The position numbers and the translations under genes were made by a program. This document shows, in pieces, positions 18,925-29,363 of a stretch of 64,000 nucleotides of DNA (the first letter of the stretch is position 1; each line of letters opens with the position of its first letter). Source of the stretch: Gammaproteobacteria bacterium. GTDB taxonomy: Bacteria; Pseudomonadota; Gammaproteobacteria; Eutrophobiales; Eutrophobiaceae. The stretch is from contig OZ220696.1 in assembly GCA_965116495.1 (NCBI GenBank), positions 320,001 to 384,000 on the forward strand, given 5' to 3'. A model generated the notes under the pieces. The model was given only the letters and a program-made list of their open reading frames with translations, had not been told where the DNA came from and searched no databases.

Positions 18925-19782
18925 ATGAAAACCGTTGAATGCGGTATCAAAGCGTTCGATGTCCATGAACTGCTGTGCCATTTTGTCGCCCAACGGGGCG
19001 GCTTTTACGCGGCTGCAGGCCTGGACGTAAGACTTGTGGATACCACATTTACGCCGGATGACAGGCTTCCCGGTGCGAATTATTTCCAGGTCGCCTGCGG
19101 CGCTGCGTTATTTTCCCGGAGCGTACGCTTCAGGGTTTTTCTGGCTGCCGTAACCGGACCCATGTTCTGGTTATATTCAGCAGCGGAGATAAAGTCTGTC
19201 GAGCAACTCGCCGGCAAGCGCATTGCCACCTACCCATCGCTTGCGCCGCCTTACTGGTTCAACCGCATCGTGCTGCGCAACTATGGACTCGATCCGGACA
19301 ACGATGTCGAGTTGATGCCCGCGCGGGATGATGCACTGCGTCTCGGCCTGTTGCGTGAAGGCGCGGTGGATGCGGCGCTGATCAGCTCCGCCATGTCACC
19401 GGTGGCGATCCGACAGTTAGGCTTGAATACCCTGACCTTGCTGGCAGATGAGATAAAGTTTGTAACCAGCGGTATCGCCACCACCGAAAAGATCGCGCAG
19501 GATGACCCGGACCTGGTGCAAAAACTGGCCAGGGTTTATCGGCAGAGCCTGGCTGTCATCCATGATTCACCGGCTGAAATCTATCCTATCCTGGCAGATG
19601 TAATGGGTGTCTCGAAAGATGTTGCTGAAAAAACCTATGAGTTGATTTTACCCTGCTATACACAGGACGGCTTTCTAGAGATGGATACGTTACAGACGGC
19701 TCTGGACACCCTGAATGCGGAGCAGGGCACAGGTGCTCCGGTATCTGCAGGCGATGTGTATCATTTCCACCCGGCCGAATAA
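18925..19782 (+). CDS. NMT1/THI5/TauA-like substrate-binding-fold protein without a signal peptide
   Basis: AQRGGFYAAAGLDVRLV, SVEQLAGKRIA, GLDPDNDVEL and LREGAVDAA motifs. Confidence 0.75.
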   Translation: MKTVECGIKAFDVHELLCHFVAQRGGFYAAAGLDVRLVDTTFTPDDRLPGANYFQVACGAALFSRSVRFRVFLAAVTGPMFWLYSAAEIKSVEQLAGKRIATYPSLAPPYWFNRIVLRNYGLDPDNDVELMPARDDALRLGLLREGAVDAALISSAMSPVAIRQLGLNTLTLLADEIKFVTSGIATTEKIAQDDPDLVQKLARVYRQSLAVIHDSPAEIYPILADVMGVSKDVAEKTYELILPCYTQDGFLEMDTLQTALDTLNAEQGTGAPVSAGDVYHFHPAE

Positions 19783-21005
19783 TGAAACTTGACCTGACCG
19801 GCTTGTTTTCAGCCGACTGGTGGCGTACCCCGCTCTCACCACGGCAAGGTGCTGACGGGAATGATTTTGACCGGCCCATTTCCCTGTTGAGCATAATGTT
19901 GACAGGTATTGCCGGGGTGACGGTAGCTGGCCTGAACCCGATCATTGCAACTGCTTATGTTGACTATCTTGGTTTTTCGGAAGCACAGGCCGGTTATTTG
20001 CTGGCAGCGGACATGTCGGGGTTCACCATCGGGACATTATTCGTATCAACACGGATCCATGTATGGAACCGGCGCATGATTGCAGTGACCGGGTTGGTTA
20101 TCCTGTTGCTCGGCAACCTGGTCTGTTTGGCATTAAGTTCATTCGATGCGCTGTTGGTTGCCCGCCTGTTTATCGGACTCGGCTCGGGGAGTGTGGCGGG
20201 CGCCATGGCAGCCAGCCTTGCCGCCTCAGGCAGCCCGGATCGATTCTTTGGTTTTTACACTATCCTGACGCTCAGCACCATCGCCATTCTCATGTTAATG
20301 ACACCCCGGTTGTTAATTGCATTTGGTATCGGGGGACTTTTCTGGTTGCTGGCTGCCATGACCCTGCCGGCGTTTTGCCTGGTCAGGAATTTTCCGGAAT
20401 TTGCCGGCAACGGTAATGATGTCAGGCATAGCTCAAGTGCATCATGGCGTGATATGCCGCTGAATATCGTTATGGTCGTCTCTATTGCTACCCTGGTTTA
20501 CTATGTGGGTACCGGTGGTGTGTGGCCGTATATCTCCCAGGTAGGGAAGGCGCAGGGCTTCGCGATTGAAGAAATAGGCAAACTGCTTGCAGTGGCGCAA
20601 CTGTTTGGTATAGCCGGCGCAATGGTACCCATAGTTCTCGGCTCCCGCCTGGGCCGCGCGCTGCCCATTGCAGTTTCTTTACTTAGCTCGATAATTTGTC
20701 TTATTGCCTTGCTTACTCTTGGCGGCAAGCTGGTATATGCCCTGGTTGTCCAGTTATACATGTTTGTCTGGTTGCTGTTCTTTCCGTACCTGATGGGTAT
20801 TGTTTCGGAGCTTGACCCGCTCGGTCGACTTGCCGGGATAAGCTACGCGCTGCAGAGTGTCGGTTTTGCCGTGGGACCTGCGCTTGCCGCACTGTTGATC
20901 ACTCATGGAGGTTACACGGCCCTGTTTTACCAGGGTATAGCTTGTTACCTGATAACGCTGTTCCTGTTACTTCCTCTCGCCCTTAAACAAGGTGCCACTG
21001 CTTGA
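19782..21005 (+). CDS. MFS transporter
   Basis: 407 aa hydrophobic protein with ARLFIGLGSG motif; overlaps the upstream stop (TAATG). Confidence 0.87.
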   Translation: MKLDLTGLFSADWWRTPLSPRQGADGNDFDRPISLLSIMLTGIAGVTVAGLNPIIATAYVDYLGFSEAQAGYLLAADMSGFTIGTLFVSTRIHVWNRRMIAVTGLVILLLGNLVCLALSSFDALLVARLFIGLGSGSVAGAMAASLAASGSPDRFFGFYTILTLSTIAILMLMTPRLLIAFGIGGLFWLLAAMTLPAFCLVRNFPEFAGNGNDVRHSSSASWRDMPLNIVMVVSIATLVYYVGTGGVWPYISQVGKAQGFAIEEIGKLLAVAQLFGIAGAMVPIVLGSRLGRALPIAVSLLSSIICLIALLTLGGKLVYALVVQLYMFVWLLFFPYLMGIVSELDPLGRLAGISYALQSVGFAVGPALAALLITHGGYTALFYQGIACYLITLFLLLPLALKQGATA

Positions 21006-21066
21006 TAAAACGTGGATAATATGTCTTGAAACCAGTAATTCAAAATAATGAAACCAGGCAGCTGAT

Positions 21067-22359
21067 ATGACTTCCGATACGATACTTATCAAGAACGCAC
21101 ACATATTTGACGGACATGCCCCGGAGTTGTCGGACCGGAGCAACATACTGTTGGCGGACGGTGAAATCAGGGAGATTTCCAGCGGCGCTATTGACAGCGG
21201 TAGTCATCACGTGGTCGATGCCGAAGGTCGTACCGTCATGCCGGGCCTGATAGATAACCACATCCATGTGACCATACCTACCCTGGATACGACTGCATTG
21301 ACGAGGATGCCGGAGACGTATATTGCCCAGTATGCAAATGTTTTTCTGAATGCGACCTTGCAACGTGGGTTTACCACGATACGCGATATTGGTGGCGGAG
21401 ATGTCGGCATCTCCCGCGCTATCGACCACGGCCTGGTGCGCGGCCCGCGGTTTTATTATGCCGGAAAAATCATGTCACAGACCGGGGGGCACGGCGATAT
21501 GCGGCCGGGCTGGGAAGTTGACCCCTCGGATCAACTTTGCACATGTGGCAGCTATTCGACAAAACTTACCCGTATAGTGGACGACCCGTATGAGATGCGC
21601 CGCGCGGTACGAGATGAATTACGTAAAGGTTCTCACTGCATAAAGATAATGGGATCAGGCGGCGTAGTCAGCCCTAATGATCCGTTACACCATACACAAT
21701 TTACTGAAGATGAGATTCGCGCAGCGGTGGATGAATGCGCCCGGCAGGAAACCTATGTATCAGCACATTGTCACCCGACTGAAGCAGTCAAGCGCTGTGT
21801 CGAGTTTGGCGTGCGCTGTATTGAACACGCAACCCTGATTGACAAGAAAACAGCGGAATACGTGGCAGGCCAGGGAGCATTCGTTGTCCCGACTTTTGCA
21901 GTGCTGAACGCATTGTATGAAGAAGGCGCAAAATATGGACTGGCGCCGGTCAGCCAGGAGAAAATCAAGATTATTTACGCACAGGCCATGAACGGCCTGG
22001 AAATTATGCGGGATGCCGGGGTAAAAATGGGCCTGGGTACTGACCTGCTCGGCGCGCAACATGTTCGGCAATGCACTGAATTTACCATCAGGAAGCAGGT
22101 ATTTACACCGTTTGAAATACTACATCAAGCCACGGCGGTGAATGCCGAGATTTTGCTGGAACCAGACCGGCTGGGCTGTATCAGGGAAGGCGCGTTTGCC
22201 GACCTGCTGGTAGTTGACGGCAATCCCCTGGAAGATATCTCTTTGATGGAGCAGGACGGCGCGGCGCTTTCAGTCATCGTACGCAAGGGTGAGATGGTGA
22301 AGTGTGAACTGCCCGTCTCAGAGGGAGCGGTGAGAGCGTTCAGTTGGCCGGCGAGCTGA
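21067..22359 (+). CDS. Amidohydrolase family protein (M38/Xaa-Pro dipeptidase-like)
   Basis: MPGLIDNHIH, GFTTIRDIGG, IKIMGSGGV, IEHA, GTD and ADLLVVDGNPLEDI motifs. Confidence 0.9.
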   Translation: MTSDTILIKNAHIFDGHAPELSDRSNILLADGEIREISSGAIDSGSHHVVDAEGRTVMPGLIDNHIHVTIPTLDTTALTRMPETYIAQYANVFLNATLQRGFTTIRDIGGGDVGISRAIDHGLVRGPRFYYAGKIMSQTGGHGDMRPGWEVDPSDQLCTCGSYSTKLTRIVDDPYEMRRAVRDELRKGSHCIKIMGSGGVVSPNDPLHHTQFTEDEIRAAVDECARQETYVSAHCHPTEAVKRCVEFGVRCIEHATLIDKKTAEYVAGQGAFVVPTFAVLNALYEEGAKYGLAPVSQEKIKIIYAQAMNGLEIMRDAGVKMGLGTDLLGAQHVRQCTEFTIRKQVFTPFEILHQATAVNAEILLEPDRLGCIREGAFADLLVVDGNPLEDISLMEQDGAALSVIVRKGEMVKCELPVSEGAVRAFSWPAS

Positions 22360-22366
22360 TCGGCGG

Positions 22367-23380
22367 TTATTTCCACACGGCGCGGGCCACGCGCATGAGA
22401 TTCCCGCCCAGTATCCTGGCGATGTCCTCATCCCGGTAGCTCAGGCCGAGCAGGGCGTCGACCATCTCCGGCGCTTGTTCGGGTTCCACGAATTTCACGC
22501 CGTCAGCGTAGCCTCCTTCCGGCGGGAAAGTATCCGGGTTCTGCCTGACGTATTCGTTCAACTCCTCCATGTCGAAAACATAATCAAGGCCAATTCCAAC
22601 ATGGTCTATTCCGGCTTTCTCCACTATGTAATCGATATGCCTGGCTATGGTTTCCGACCGGGCATCGTTTTCACCCAGAAAGATACCAACGCCGTTAACA
22701 CATATCACCCCGCCGGTAGCGGCACAGGCGCGGATGGCTTCGTCGGTAATATTGCGTTTATGCTCCCACATCCCCAGAGGGTTGGAATGTGAAAAAATAA
22801 CAGGGTTTGCAGAATACTCCATGACGTCCATGGTGGTCCGGTAGCCGGTGTGGCTGCAACAGGCCACCATACCCACCCTGGCCATCTCATCGAGCACCTC
22901 GCGGCCGAAAGCGGTCAACCCCTGGTCGTCATCCTGGCAACCCCCGCCCAGGGAATTGTTTTGGTTGTATGCGATCAGCATCCAGCGGGCGCCGAGGTCA
23001 TAATACATTTCCACCATACTAATCTGGTCCGCCAGTACGCAGCCCCCTTCCAGGTCGAAGAAAACCCCCAGCTTGCCTTCAGTAACGGCGCGCTCTATGT
23101 CACCGGTGGTTTCAATCAACATGTAATCATCAGCGTGCTGCCTGGTCCAGTGCCGGAAAGCAGCCATTACCAGCAGAGTATTTTCCCAGGGGACGGCGTC
23201 GAAACCCACATTCAATGAGACCACGTTAAAACCGGCATCCCGGTAGCGCGCCAACTGCGGCAAAAATCCGGTATCGCCGCCGCGCAGCGGCATGCAACCG
23301 TGGTTGTCCCATGCCAGGTTGTCGGCGAGGATGTGTTGTGCTTCAGCGCTTATGGTGTCTGCGATTACAGGTTCGGTCAT
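22367..23380 (-). CDS. Membrane dipeptidase (peptidase M19) family protein
   Basis: WDNH, DLEG, GLTAFGREV, SHSN and DHVGIGLD motifs; RBS-supported start at 23380. Confidence 0.9.
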   Translation of the reverse strand: MTEPVIADTISAEAQHILADNLAWDNHGCMPLRGGDTGFLPQLARYRDAGFNVVSLNVGFDAVPWENTLLVMAAFRHWTRQHADDYMLIETTGDIERAVTEGKLGVFFDLEGGCVLADQISMVEMYYDLGARWMLIAYNQNNSLGGGCQDDDQGLTAFGREVLDEMARVGMVACCSHTGYRTTMDVMEYSANPVIFSHSNPLGMWEHKRNITDEAIRACAATGGVICVNGVGIFLGENDARSETIARHIDYIVEKAGIDHVGIGLDYVFDMEELNEYVRQNPDTFPPEGGYADGVKFVEPEQAPEMVDALLGLSYRDEDIARILGGNLMRVARAVWK

Positions 23381-23499
23381 TGTTATGGCTCCTGATGCGG
23401 TCAATCATTAGTGTGATAAACTTCCGGTTCGGCAACTCCTTTCCGGGAAAGAGTATAAAACCCTGAGAACAAACTCAAGACTGGAATAAACCGGGTGTA

Positions 23500-25527
23500 A
23501 TGATGCGAATTGCAGTTGACGTGGGAGGCACCTTTACCGATGTTGTGGTATTGGATGAACAATCCGGTGTCCTCCGTTTCGATAAAGTTGAAACAGTCCC
23601 CAGTGACCCTGGCGCCGGTGTCATCAATGGTATCGTGAAGGCCGGAATTGATTGTAACAGTGTAGACATTTTTGTGCACGGTACTACTCTGGGGCTCAAT
23701 GCCTTGCTCACCCGCACCGGCGCCGATCTCGCCATTATTACGACGAAGGGATTTCGCGACGTTTACCTGCTGGGACGTACCGACCGGGATCCGCTGTATG
23801 ACCTGAGATACCGCAAACCCGATTCCCTGGTACCACGTCATCGAATATTTGAAGTGACGGAACGGATGAATTACAAGGGGGAAGTTCTGCTGGAACTGGG
23901 ACGGGAAGAGGCGGTTGCCCTGGGTGAAATGTTAAAGCAGCGGGGTGTCCGCTCCGTAGCCGTTTGCCTGTTACATTCCTACATCAATCCTGCCCATGAA
24001 CTGGCACTGGCAGACGTGCTTGCGGATGTATACCCGGAACTATCCATCACGCTGTCGCACAGGTTGACTCGTGAGTATCGTGAGTATGAACGTACCAGTA
24101 CGGCCGTTATCGATGCCTATATCAAACCATTGACACGGACTTACCTGGAAAAACTGGATGCAGAACTGAACGAGCGCGGTTTTAAAGGTTCTTTTCTTCT
24201 GACTCGATCCGGCGGTGGCGCGATAACCGTTGACGCAGCCAAGGATGAGCCGGCGCATCTGATTCTATCCGGTCCGGCAGGTGGCGTAATCGGGGCGACG
24301 GCATTCGGCGCGCTCATCAATGAGCCGAACCTTGTTACCATCGATATGGGTGGTACCAGCCTTGACGCCTCATTGATCGTTGCCGGCGAACCCAACGTGG
24401 AAACACAACAACGGTTTGAGGGACTGCCGATCGCGATTCCTACACTGGATATCCATACCATCGGCGCCGGTGGCGGCAGTATTGCCTGGGTAGACGACGG
24501 GGGGCACCTGCAAGTGGGTCCGCAAAGCGCCGGTGCCGTACCGGGTCCTGCCTGTTATGCCAAGGGAGGAAAGGATGCGACCTATACCGATGCCGCATTA
24601 GTGATGGGTTACCTGGATGCGAATAATTTCCTTGGTGGCGAAATGGCGCTGAATAAGGATCTCGCTCACCGGGCCGTTTCGGGAACGGCCGAAGCCGTGA
24701 AACTTTCCGTGGAAGAGACTGCGGCCGGGATCATGCGTATCAGTGATGCGAAGATTGCCGGCGCAGTCAGGGTTATATCGATTGAACGGGGACATCATCC
24801 GAAAGATTTTGCGTTGCTCGCTTTTGGGGGCGGTGGAGCGTTCGTTGCAACCAGTGTCGCCCGCGAACTGGGTATTCCCAGGGTCGTGATTCCTCCCGTT
24901 CCAGCGACTTTTTCAGCGTTGGGCATGATGATGGTGGATGTTACCCACGATTTATCACAGACCTGCGTTATGGACCTGGAACAGCTTGAAGTAGAGTCAA
25001 TCAACGGTATTTTTGCTGAATTGAGCAGCAGAGGGCATGATGCCCTGGAAAAAGACCAGATAGACCCTGCACGCAGGCGCCTTATTCCCATGGCGGAGTT
25101 GCGTTATCAGGGGCAGGAGCACACGGTCAACCTGGTGTTTCCCACAGTCGAACTGGGTCCCGGGGATAAGGAGAAAATAGAGTTGTTGTTCAATGCTGCC
25201 CATGAAAAACAATATAGACATTCCATGGGAGATCCTATCCAGATTGTGACCTTGCGCTTGCGCGCAGTGGGCCTGCTTGGACGCCCCAACCTGCCGAAAC
25301 CGGATATGGACACAGCGGCGCCGTCAAGCAATAACAGCAGAAATATTTACCGTTCCGAGACCGGTGCCAGGGAACCTTATGTCATATATGACAGGGAAGT
25401 TCTCAGGGCGGGTATGCAAATCCGAGGGCCGGCTATCATAGAAGAACCCACTTCGACTTCTGTGATACACAAGGGTGATAATTTGATTGTGGGTTCATAC
25501 GGTGAACTCCAGGTCAGTATCGGTTAG
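23500..25527 (+). CDS. Hydantoinase/oxoprolinase subunit A
   Basis: VDVGGTFTD, HGTT, REYERTST, SGPAGG and DMGGTS motifs. Confidence 0.93.
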   Translation: MMRIAVDVGGTFTDVVVLDEQSGVLRFDKVETVPSDPGAGVINGIVKAGIDCNSVDIFVHGTTLGLNALLTRTGADLAIITTKGFRDVYLLGRTDRDPLYDLRYRKPDSLVPRHRIFEVTERMNYKGEVLLELGREEAVALGEMLKQRGVRSVAVCLLHSYINPAHELALADVLADVYPELSITLSHRLTREYREYERTSTAVIDAYIKPLTRTYLEKLDAELNERGFKGSFLLTRSGGGAITVDAAKDEPAHLILSGPAGGVIGATAFGALINEPNLVTIDMGGTSLDASLIVAGEPNVETQQRFEGLPIAIPTLDIHTIGAGGGSIAWVDDGGHLQVGPQSAGAVPGPACYAKGGKDATYTDAALVMGYLDANNFLGGEMALNKDLAHRAVSGTAEAVKLSVEETAAGIMRISDAKIAGAVRVISIERGHHPKDFALLAFGGGGAFVATSVARELGIPRVVIPPVPATFSALGMMMVDVTHDLSQTCVMDLEQLEVESINGIFAELSSRGHDALEKDQIDPARRRLIPMAELRYQGQEHTVNLVFPTVELGPGDKEKIELLFNAAHEKQYRHSMGDPIQIVTLRLRAVGLLGRPNLPKPDMDTAAPSSNNSRNIYRSETGAREPYVIYDREVLRAGMQIRGPAIIEEPTSTSVIHKGDNLIVGSYGELQVSIG

Positions 25528-25570
25528 ACTGTGGCAAACAGATATATAAAAGAGGTATGAGATCAGAAAG

Positions 25571-27295
25571 ATGGCTACTGTCGACTCCATTACGGTAGAG
25601 GTAATACATAACTATCTGTTATCGGCGGCGCGGGAGATGAACCGGAATCTCATGCGCACCGCCTACAGCACCTTGATATACGAGGTACACGATTTTGGTC
25701 TCGGTCTCTATGACAGGGAGTGCCGACTGCTGGCCGAGGCGCCGGGACTGGCCGTTTTTACCCGCAGCAATGATTACGGGCTGAACAAGATGGTCGAATT
25801 TCTCGGTTATGACAATATTCATCCCGGTGACGTAATCCTGCTCAATTACCCTTACTGGAGTTCAACCCATACCCTGGACGTGATGGCGGCGTCCCCCATC
25901 TTTCATAAAGACGAACTCGTAGGTTTTACCGCCGTGAAAGAACACTGGCTCGACCTGGGACAGAAAGACCCCGGCTATTGTCTGGACACCCTTGAACTTG
26001 CCCAGGAAGGGCTGGTTTTCCCCTGCTCAAAGATCTACTCACGCGGAGAACTGAACAAGGAGCTGGAAACGCTTATTCGATTTAACAGCCGCATGCCGGA
26101 CCGGGTCATCGGCGACATGAATGCGCAAATTTCCGCCTGCCGCACCGGCGAGCGGCGTGTACAGGAACTGGTGGAAAAGTTTGGTGTTGAAACCTACAGG
26201 TCGGCCATCAAGGAGATGCTGGACCACGGTGAACGTCTTGCGCGTAAGCGCCTGGCGGAGTTGCCGGACGGCACCTGGACCGCGGAAGACTATGTCGATG
26301 ATGACGGTGTTGTGCGCGACCAAAAGATGCGCCTGCAGGCCACGGTAACCATTGCCGGTGATGAAATGACCATAGACTGGACCGGATCCGATGATAAATG
26401 TAAAGGCCCTATGAATGTGCCCATAGGCACGACCGAAGGAGTGTGTGCGCTGGTCTTCAAGTCAATCACCACCCCGGATACACCTGCTAATGAAGGCAAT
26501 TTTCGGCCGTTAACAGTAATTGCTCCGGAAGGCTGCATCATGAACGCACAACCGCCGTCACCGACTTTTACCCTGTGGACGGCGCTGATTGCGCCCGAGG
26601 TAGTGACCAAGGCCCTGGCCCAGGGGATGCCCGACAGCATCCCGGCGTGCAGCGGCGGAGATATTTTCTCCCTGATGGGAATTGGCACCCATCCCGATAC
26701 CGGCAAGCTGTGGATTGAAAGCACCAATGAAGGCATCGGATTTGGCGGGCATTCCGCCGATGATGGCGAGAGCGGCATTATGCACATGACCGAACCCGGT
26801 TGCCGTAACAACCCGGTTGAGGTTCTGGAGACCAAGGCGCCCTGGCTGATAGAAAACTACAGCCTGCGGGCCGATTCGGGGGGAGCCGGTAAACACCGGG
26901 GAGGGCTGGGCATTACCCGCACCTATCGTTTTCTCTCGGACGCGTCCGCATTGACCCTGGTTAAAAAAACCAAGACTTCGCCATGGGGTATGGCTGACGG
27001 GGAGGACGGGCAGGCGGGGGCGGTTATCGTGCGGCCCGGCACTGAGCGGGAACTGGTAACCGGCGCCATATACGAGGAGATGTCGGCGGGTGATGTTATC
27101 ATCAACCAGTCCGGCGGCGGCGGCGGGTGGGGCAACCCCCTGGAGCGTGATCCGGAGCAGGTGCTTGACGATGTCAGGAACGAATTTGTATCGGTTGTTG
27201 CCGCGCGGGAGAAATATGGTGTAATAGTCAATGCTGAGACCATGACGATTGACGGCGTGGCTACTGTTGACTTGCGAACATCAATGTCAACTTGA
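25571..27295 (+). CDS. Hydantoinase B/oxoprolinase subunit
   Basis: HTLD, HWLDLG, NSRMP, DSGGAGKHRGG and GGGGWGNP motifs. Confidence 0.93.
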   Translation: MATVDSITVEVIHNYLLSAAREMNRNLMRTAYSTLIYEVHDFGLGLYDRECRLLAEAPGLAVFTRSNDYGLNKMVEFLGYDNIHPGDVILLNYPYWSSTHTLDVMAASPIFHKDELVGFTAVKEHWLDLGQKDPGYCLDTLELAQEGLVFPCSKIYSRGELNKELETLIRFNSRMPDRVIGDMNAQISACRTGERRVQELVEKFGVETYRSAIKEMLDHGERLARKRLAELPDGTWTAEDYVDDDGVVRDQKMRLQATVTIAGDEMTIDWTGSDDKCKGPMNVPIGTTEGVCALVFKSITTPDTPANEGNFRPLTVIAPEGCIMNAQPPSPTFTLWTALIAPEVVTKALAQGMPDSIPACSGGDIFSLMGIGTHPDTGKLWIESTNEGIGFGGHSADDGESGIMHMTEPGCRNNPVEVLETKAPWLIENYSLRADSGGAGKHRGGLGITRTYRFLSDASALTLVKKTKTSPWGMADGEDGQAGAVIVRPGTERELVTGAIYEEMSAGDVIINQSGGGGGWGNPLERDPEQVLDDVRNEFVSVVAAREKYGVIVNAETMTIDGVATVDLRTSMST

Positions 27296-27321
27296 TATAA
27301 CGAAGGCAGGGGAGAAGCTGA

Positions 27322-29361
27322 TTGAGCAGCCGTATCGGTGTTGATATAGGGGGTACTTTTACCGATCTCATTTTTTTCAATGAGGACGATGGTTCCGTAC
27401 TGGTGGACAAAGTGCCCACCACCCCATCGGCACCGGAAATCGGTTGTGTGGATGCCATAAATTCGGCTGTTGCGCCTGAATTACTCCGATCGTCCTCCTA
27501 CTTCCTCCATGGCACGACAGTTGGGCTGAATGCCTTGCTCGAACGCAAGGGTTCGGTAGTGGGTCTGTTAACCACCAGCGGTTTCCGTGATGTACTGGAA
27601 ATCCGCAAGGGTTCCAGGGAAGAATGGTATAACGTATTCTGGGTTCCCGATGCGCCTCTGGTGCCGCGCAGACACCGGCTTGAAATCAGGGAGAGGGTGC
27701 TGGCCAGTGGTGAAGTGCTGGAACCATTGCTTGAAGCAGATGTCATAAATGCCGTGAATGTATTTCAGGATCAAGGGGTTACCGCCATAGCAGTGGCTTT
27801 CCTGAATGCTTACATGAACCCTGACCATGAGATAGTAGCCGAGCAGCTTATCCACGCTGCAGGATTCACCGGGGCCGTTTCTCTCTCCCACCGCGTGTCG
27901 GGTGAGTACCGTGACTATGAACGAACTTCCACTACCGTGATTGACGCTTATGTGCGCGGGCGCTTGTCAAACTACATGGACCACATCGAATCCAGGCTGC
28001 GCGCGGACGGGTTTGGCGGCACGTGCCTGATCACCCGATCGGGCAGCGGTTCCATGACATTCACCGAAGCGGCAGAACGCCCCTTTGAAACCATAATGTC
28101 AGGACCTGTTGCCGGGGTTGAAGGCGCAGCCGGATTGGCGCGCAACCTGGGTCTGGGTGACATCATCTCTGCCGACGTGGGCGGCACCAGTTTTGATACG
28201 GCCTTGATTCGGGACGGCCGTCCGCAGTTGCTTTATGAAGGTTCGGTGTTAGGCATGCCGTTACAGACACCCTGGGTAGATGTGCGTTCCATCGGCGCAG
28301 GCGGTGGCTCCATTGCTTATGTTGACGTAGGAGGCCTGCTGCAGGTCGGTCCGCAGAGCGCAGGCGCGGAACCCGGCCCCGCCTGCTATGGCCGCGGCGG
28401 TACACATGCCACGGTGACGGATGCCGCATTTTACCTGGGCATGCTGGCGTCAGGGGTCCTTGCTTCCGGTATCAGGCTGGATCGCGGCGAGTCGGAAGCG
28501 GCGCTGAAACCTCTGGCCGACAGGCTCGGCTATGACCTGACACAGACGGCGGAAGGAATCATAACCATCGCAGTGGCCGCCATGGCCAATGCCATACGCG
28601 AGATTACCGTGGAGCAGGGTTTCGACCCCAGGGAGATGAAGTTACTGCCGTTTGGCGGCGCGGGGCCCATGCTTGCAACCGAGTTGGCGCGGGAACTGGA
28701 CATGCGCGAGATCATCATTCCGCCTTGCGCCGGAAACTTTTCCGCGCTGGGATTGCTGACATCCGACCTGTTGCAAAGCGCCGCCCTGACACGGCCCATG
28801 CCGCTCAATGATGAATCGCTAAGCCAGGCAAACGATATACTCGAAGGCCTGTTCAAGGATTTGAAATCCAGGGGGGCGGCCAGTGTAAACGGAACAACGA
28901 CACAACTGGAAGTTGCCCTGGATCTGCGTTATACCGGGCAGGAACATACCATCAACGTTCAACCTGACGCCGATGACGGAATGATTACGGCTGCGGCGGA
29001 TGACGTGCAAAACCGGTTTGAGGCTGCATACCACGAAGCATATGGTGGCATACTCGATACGCTTATTGATATTGTCTCCATCCGGGCCTCAGTGCGCCGG
29101 CCTTTATCCGGCTCGATAAATTTCACCGGGACCGGGAGCATTTCGACCGGTGGTTCTACCGATGCTGTGCGGGCTTACAGCTTCATCCGCGGGGAATACT
29201 CGAAATTTACCGTCATGGAGCGGAGTCAACTGTGCGCCGCTGAGCAGCGTGAGGGTCCCGCCATTATCATCGAACCCACCACAACTACCTATGTCGATGC
29301 AGATTGCCGGTATACTATTGATCCCGGTGGTTGTTTACGAATTAATATCGAGGATACCTGA
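27322..29361 (+). CDS. Hydantoinase/oxoprolinase subunit A
   Basis: GVDIGGTFTD, SGPVAG and DVGGTSFD motifs; TTG start. Confidence 0.93.
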   Translation: MSSRIGVDIGGTFTDLIFFNEDDGSVLVDKVPTTPSAPEIGCVDAINSAVAPELLRSSSYFLHGTTVGLNALLERKGSVVGLLTTSGFRDVLEIRKGSREEWYNVFWVPDAPLVPRRHRLEIRERVLASGEVLEPLLEADVINAVNVFQDQGVTAIAVAFLNAYMNPDHEIVAEQLIHAAGFTGAVSLSHRVSGEYRDYERTSTTVIDAYVRGRLSNYMDHIESRLRADGFGGTCLITRSGSGSMTFTEAAERPFETIMSGPVAGVEGAAGLARNLGLGDIISADVGGTSFDTALIRDGRPQLLYEGSVLGMPLQTPWVDVRSIGAGGGSIAYVDVGGLLQVGPQSAGAEPGPACYGRGGTHATVTDAAFYLGMLASGVLASGIRLDRGESEAALKPLADRLGYDLTQTAEGIITIAVAAMANAIREITVEQGFDPREMKLLPFGGAGPMLATELARELDMREIIIPPCAGNFSALGLLTSDLLQSAALTRPMPLNDESLSQANDILEGLFKDLKSRGAASVNGTTTQLEVALDLRYTGQEHTINVQPDADDGMITAAADDVQNRFEAAYHEAYGGILDTLIDIVSIRASVRRPLSGSINFTGTGSISTGGSTDAVRAYSFIRGEYSKFTVMERSQLCAAEQREGPAIIIEPTTTTYVDADCRYTIDPGGCLRINIEDT

Positions 29362-29363
29362 TC

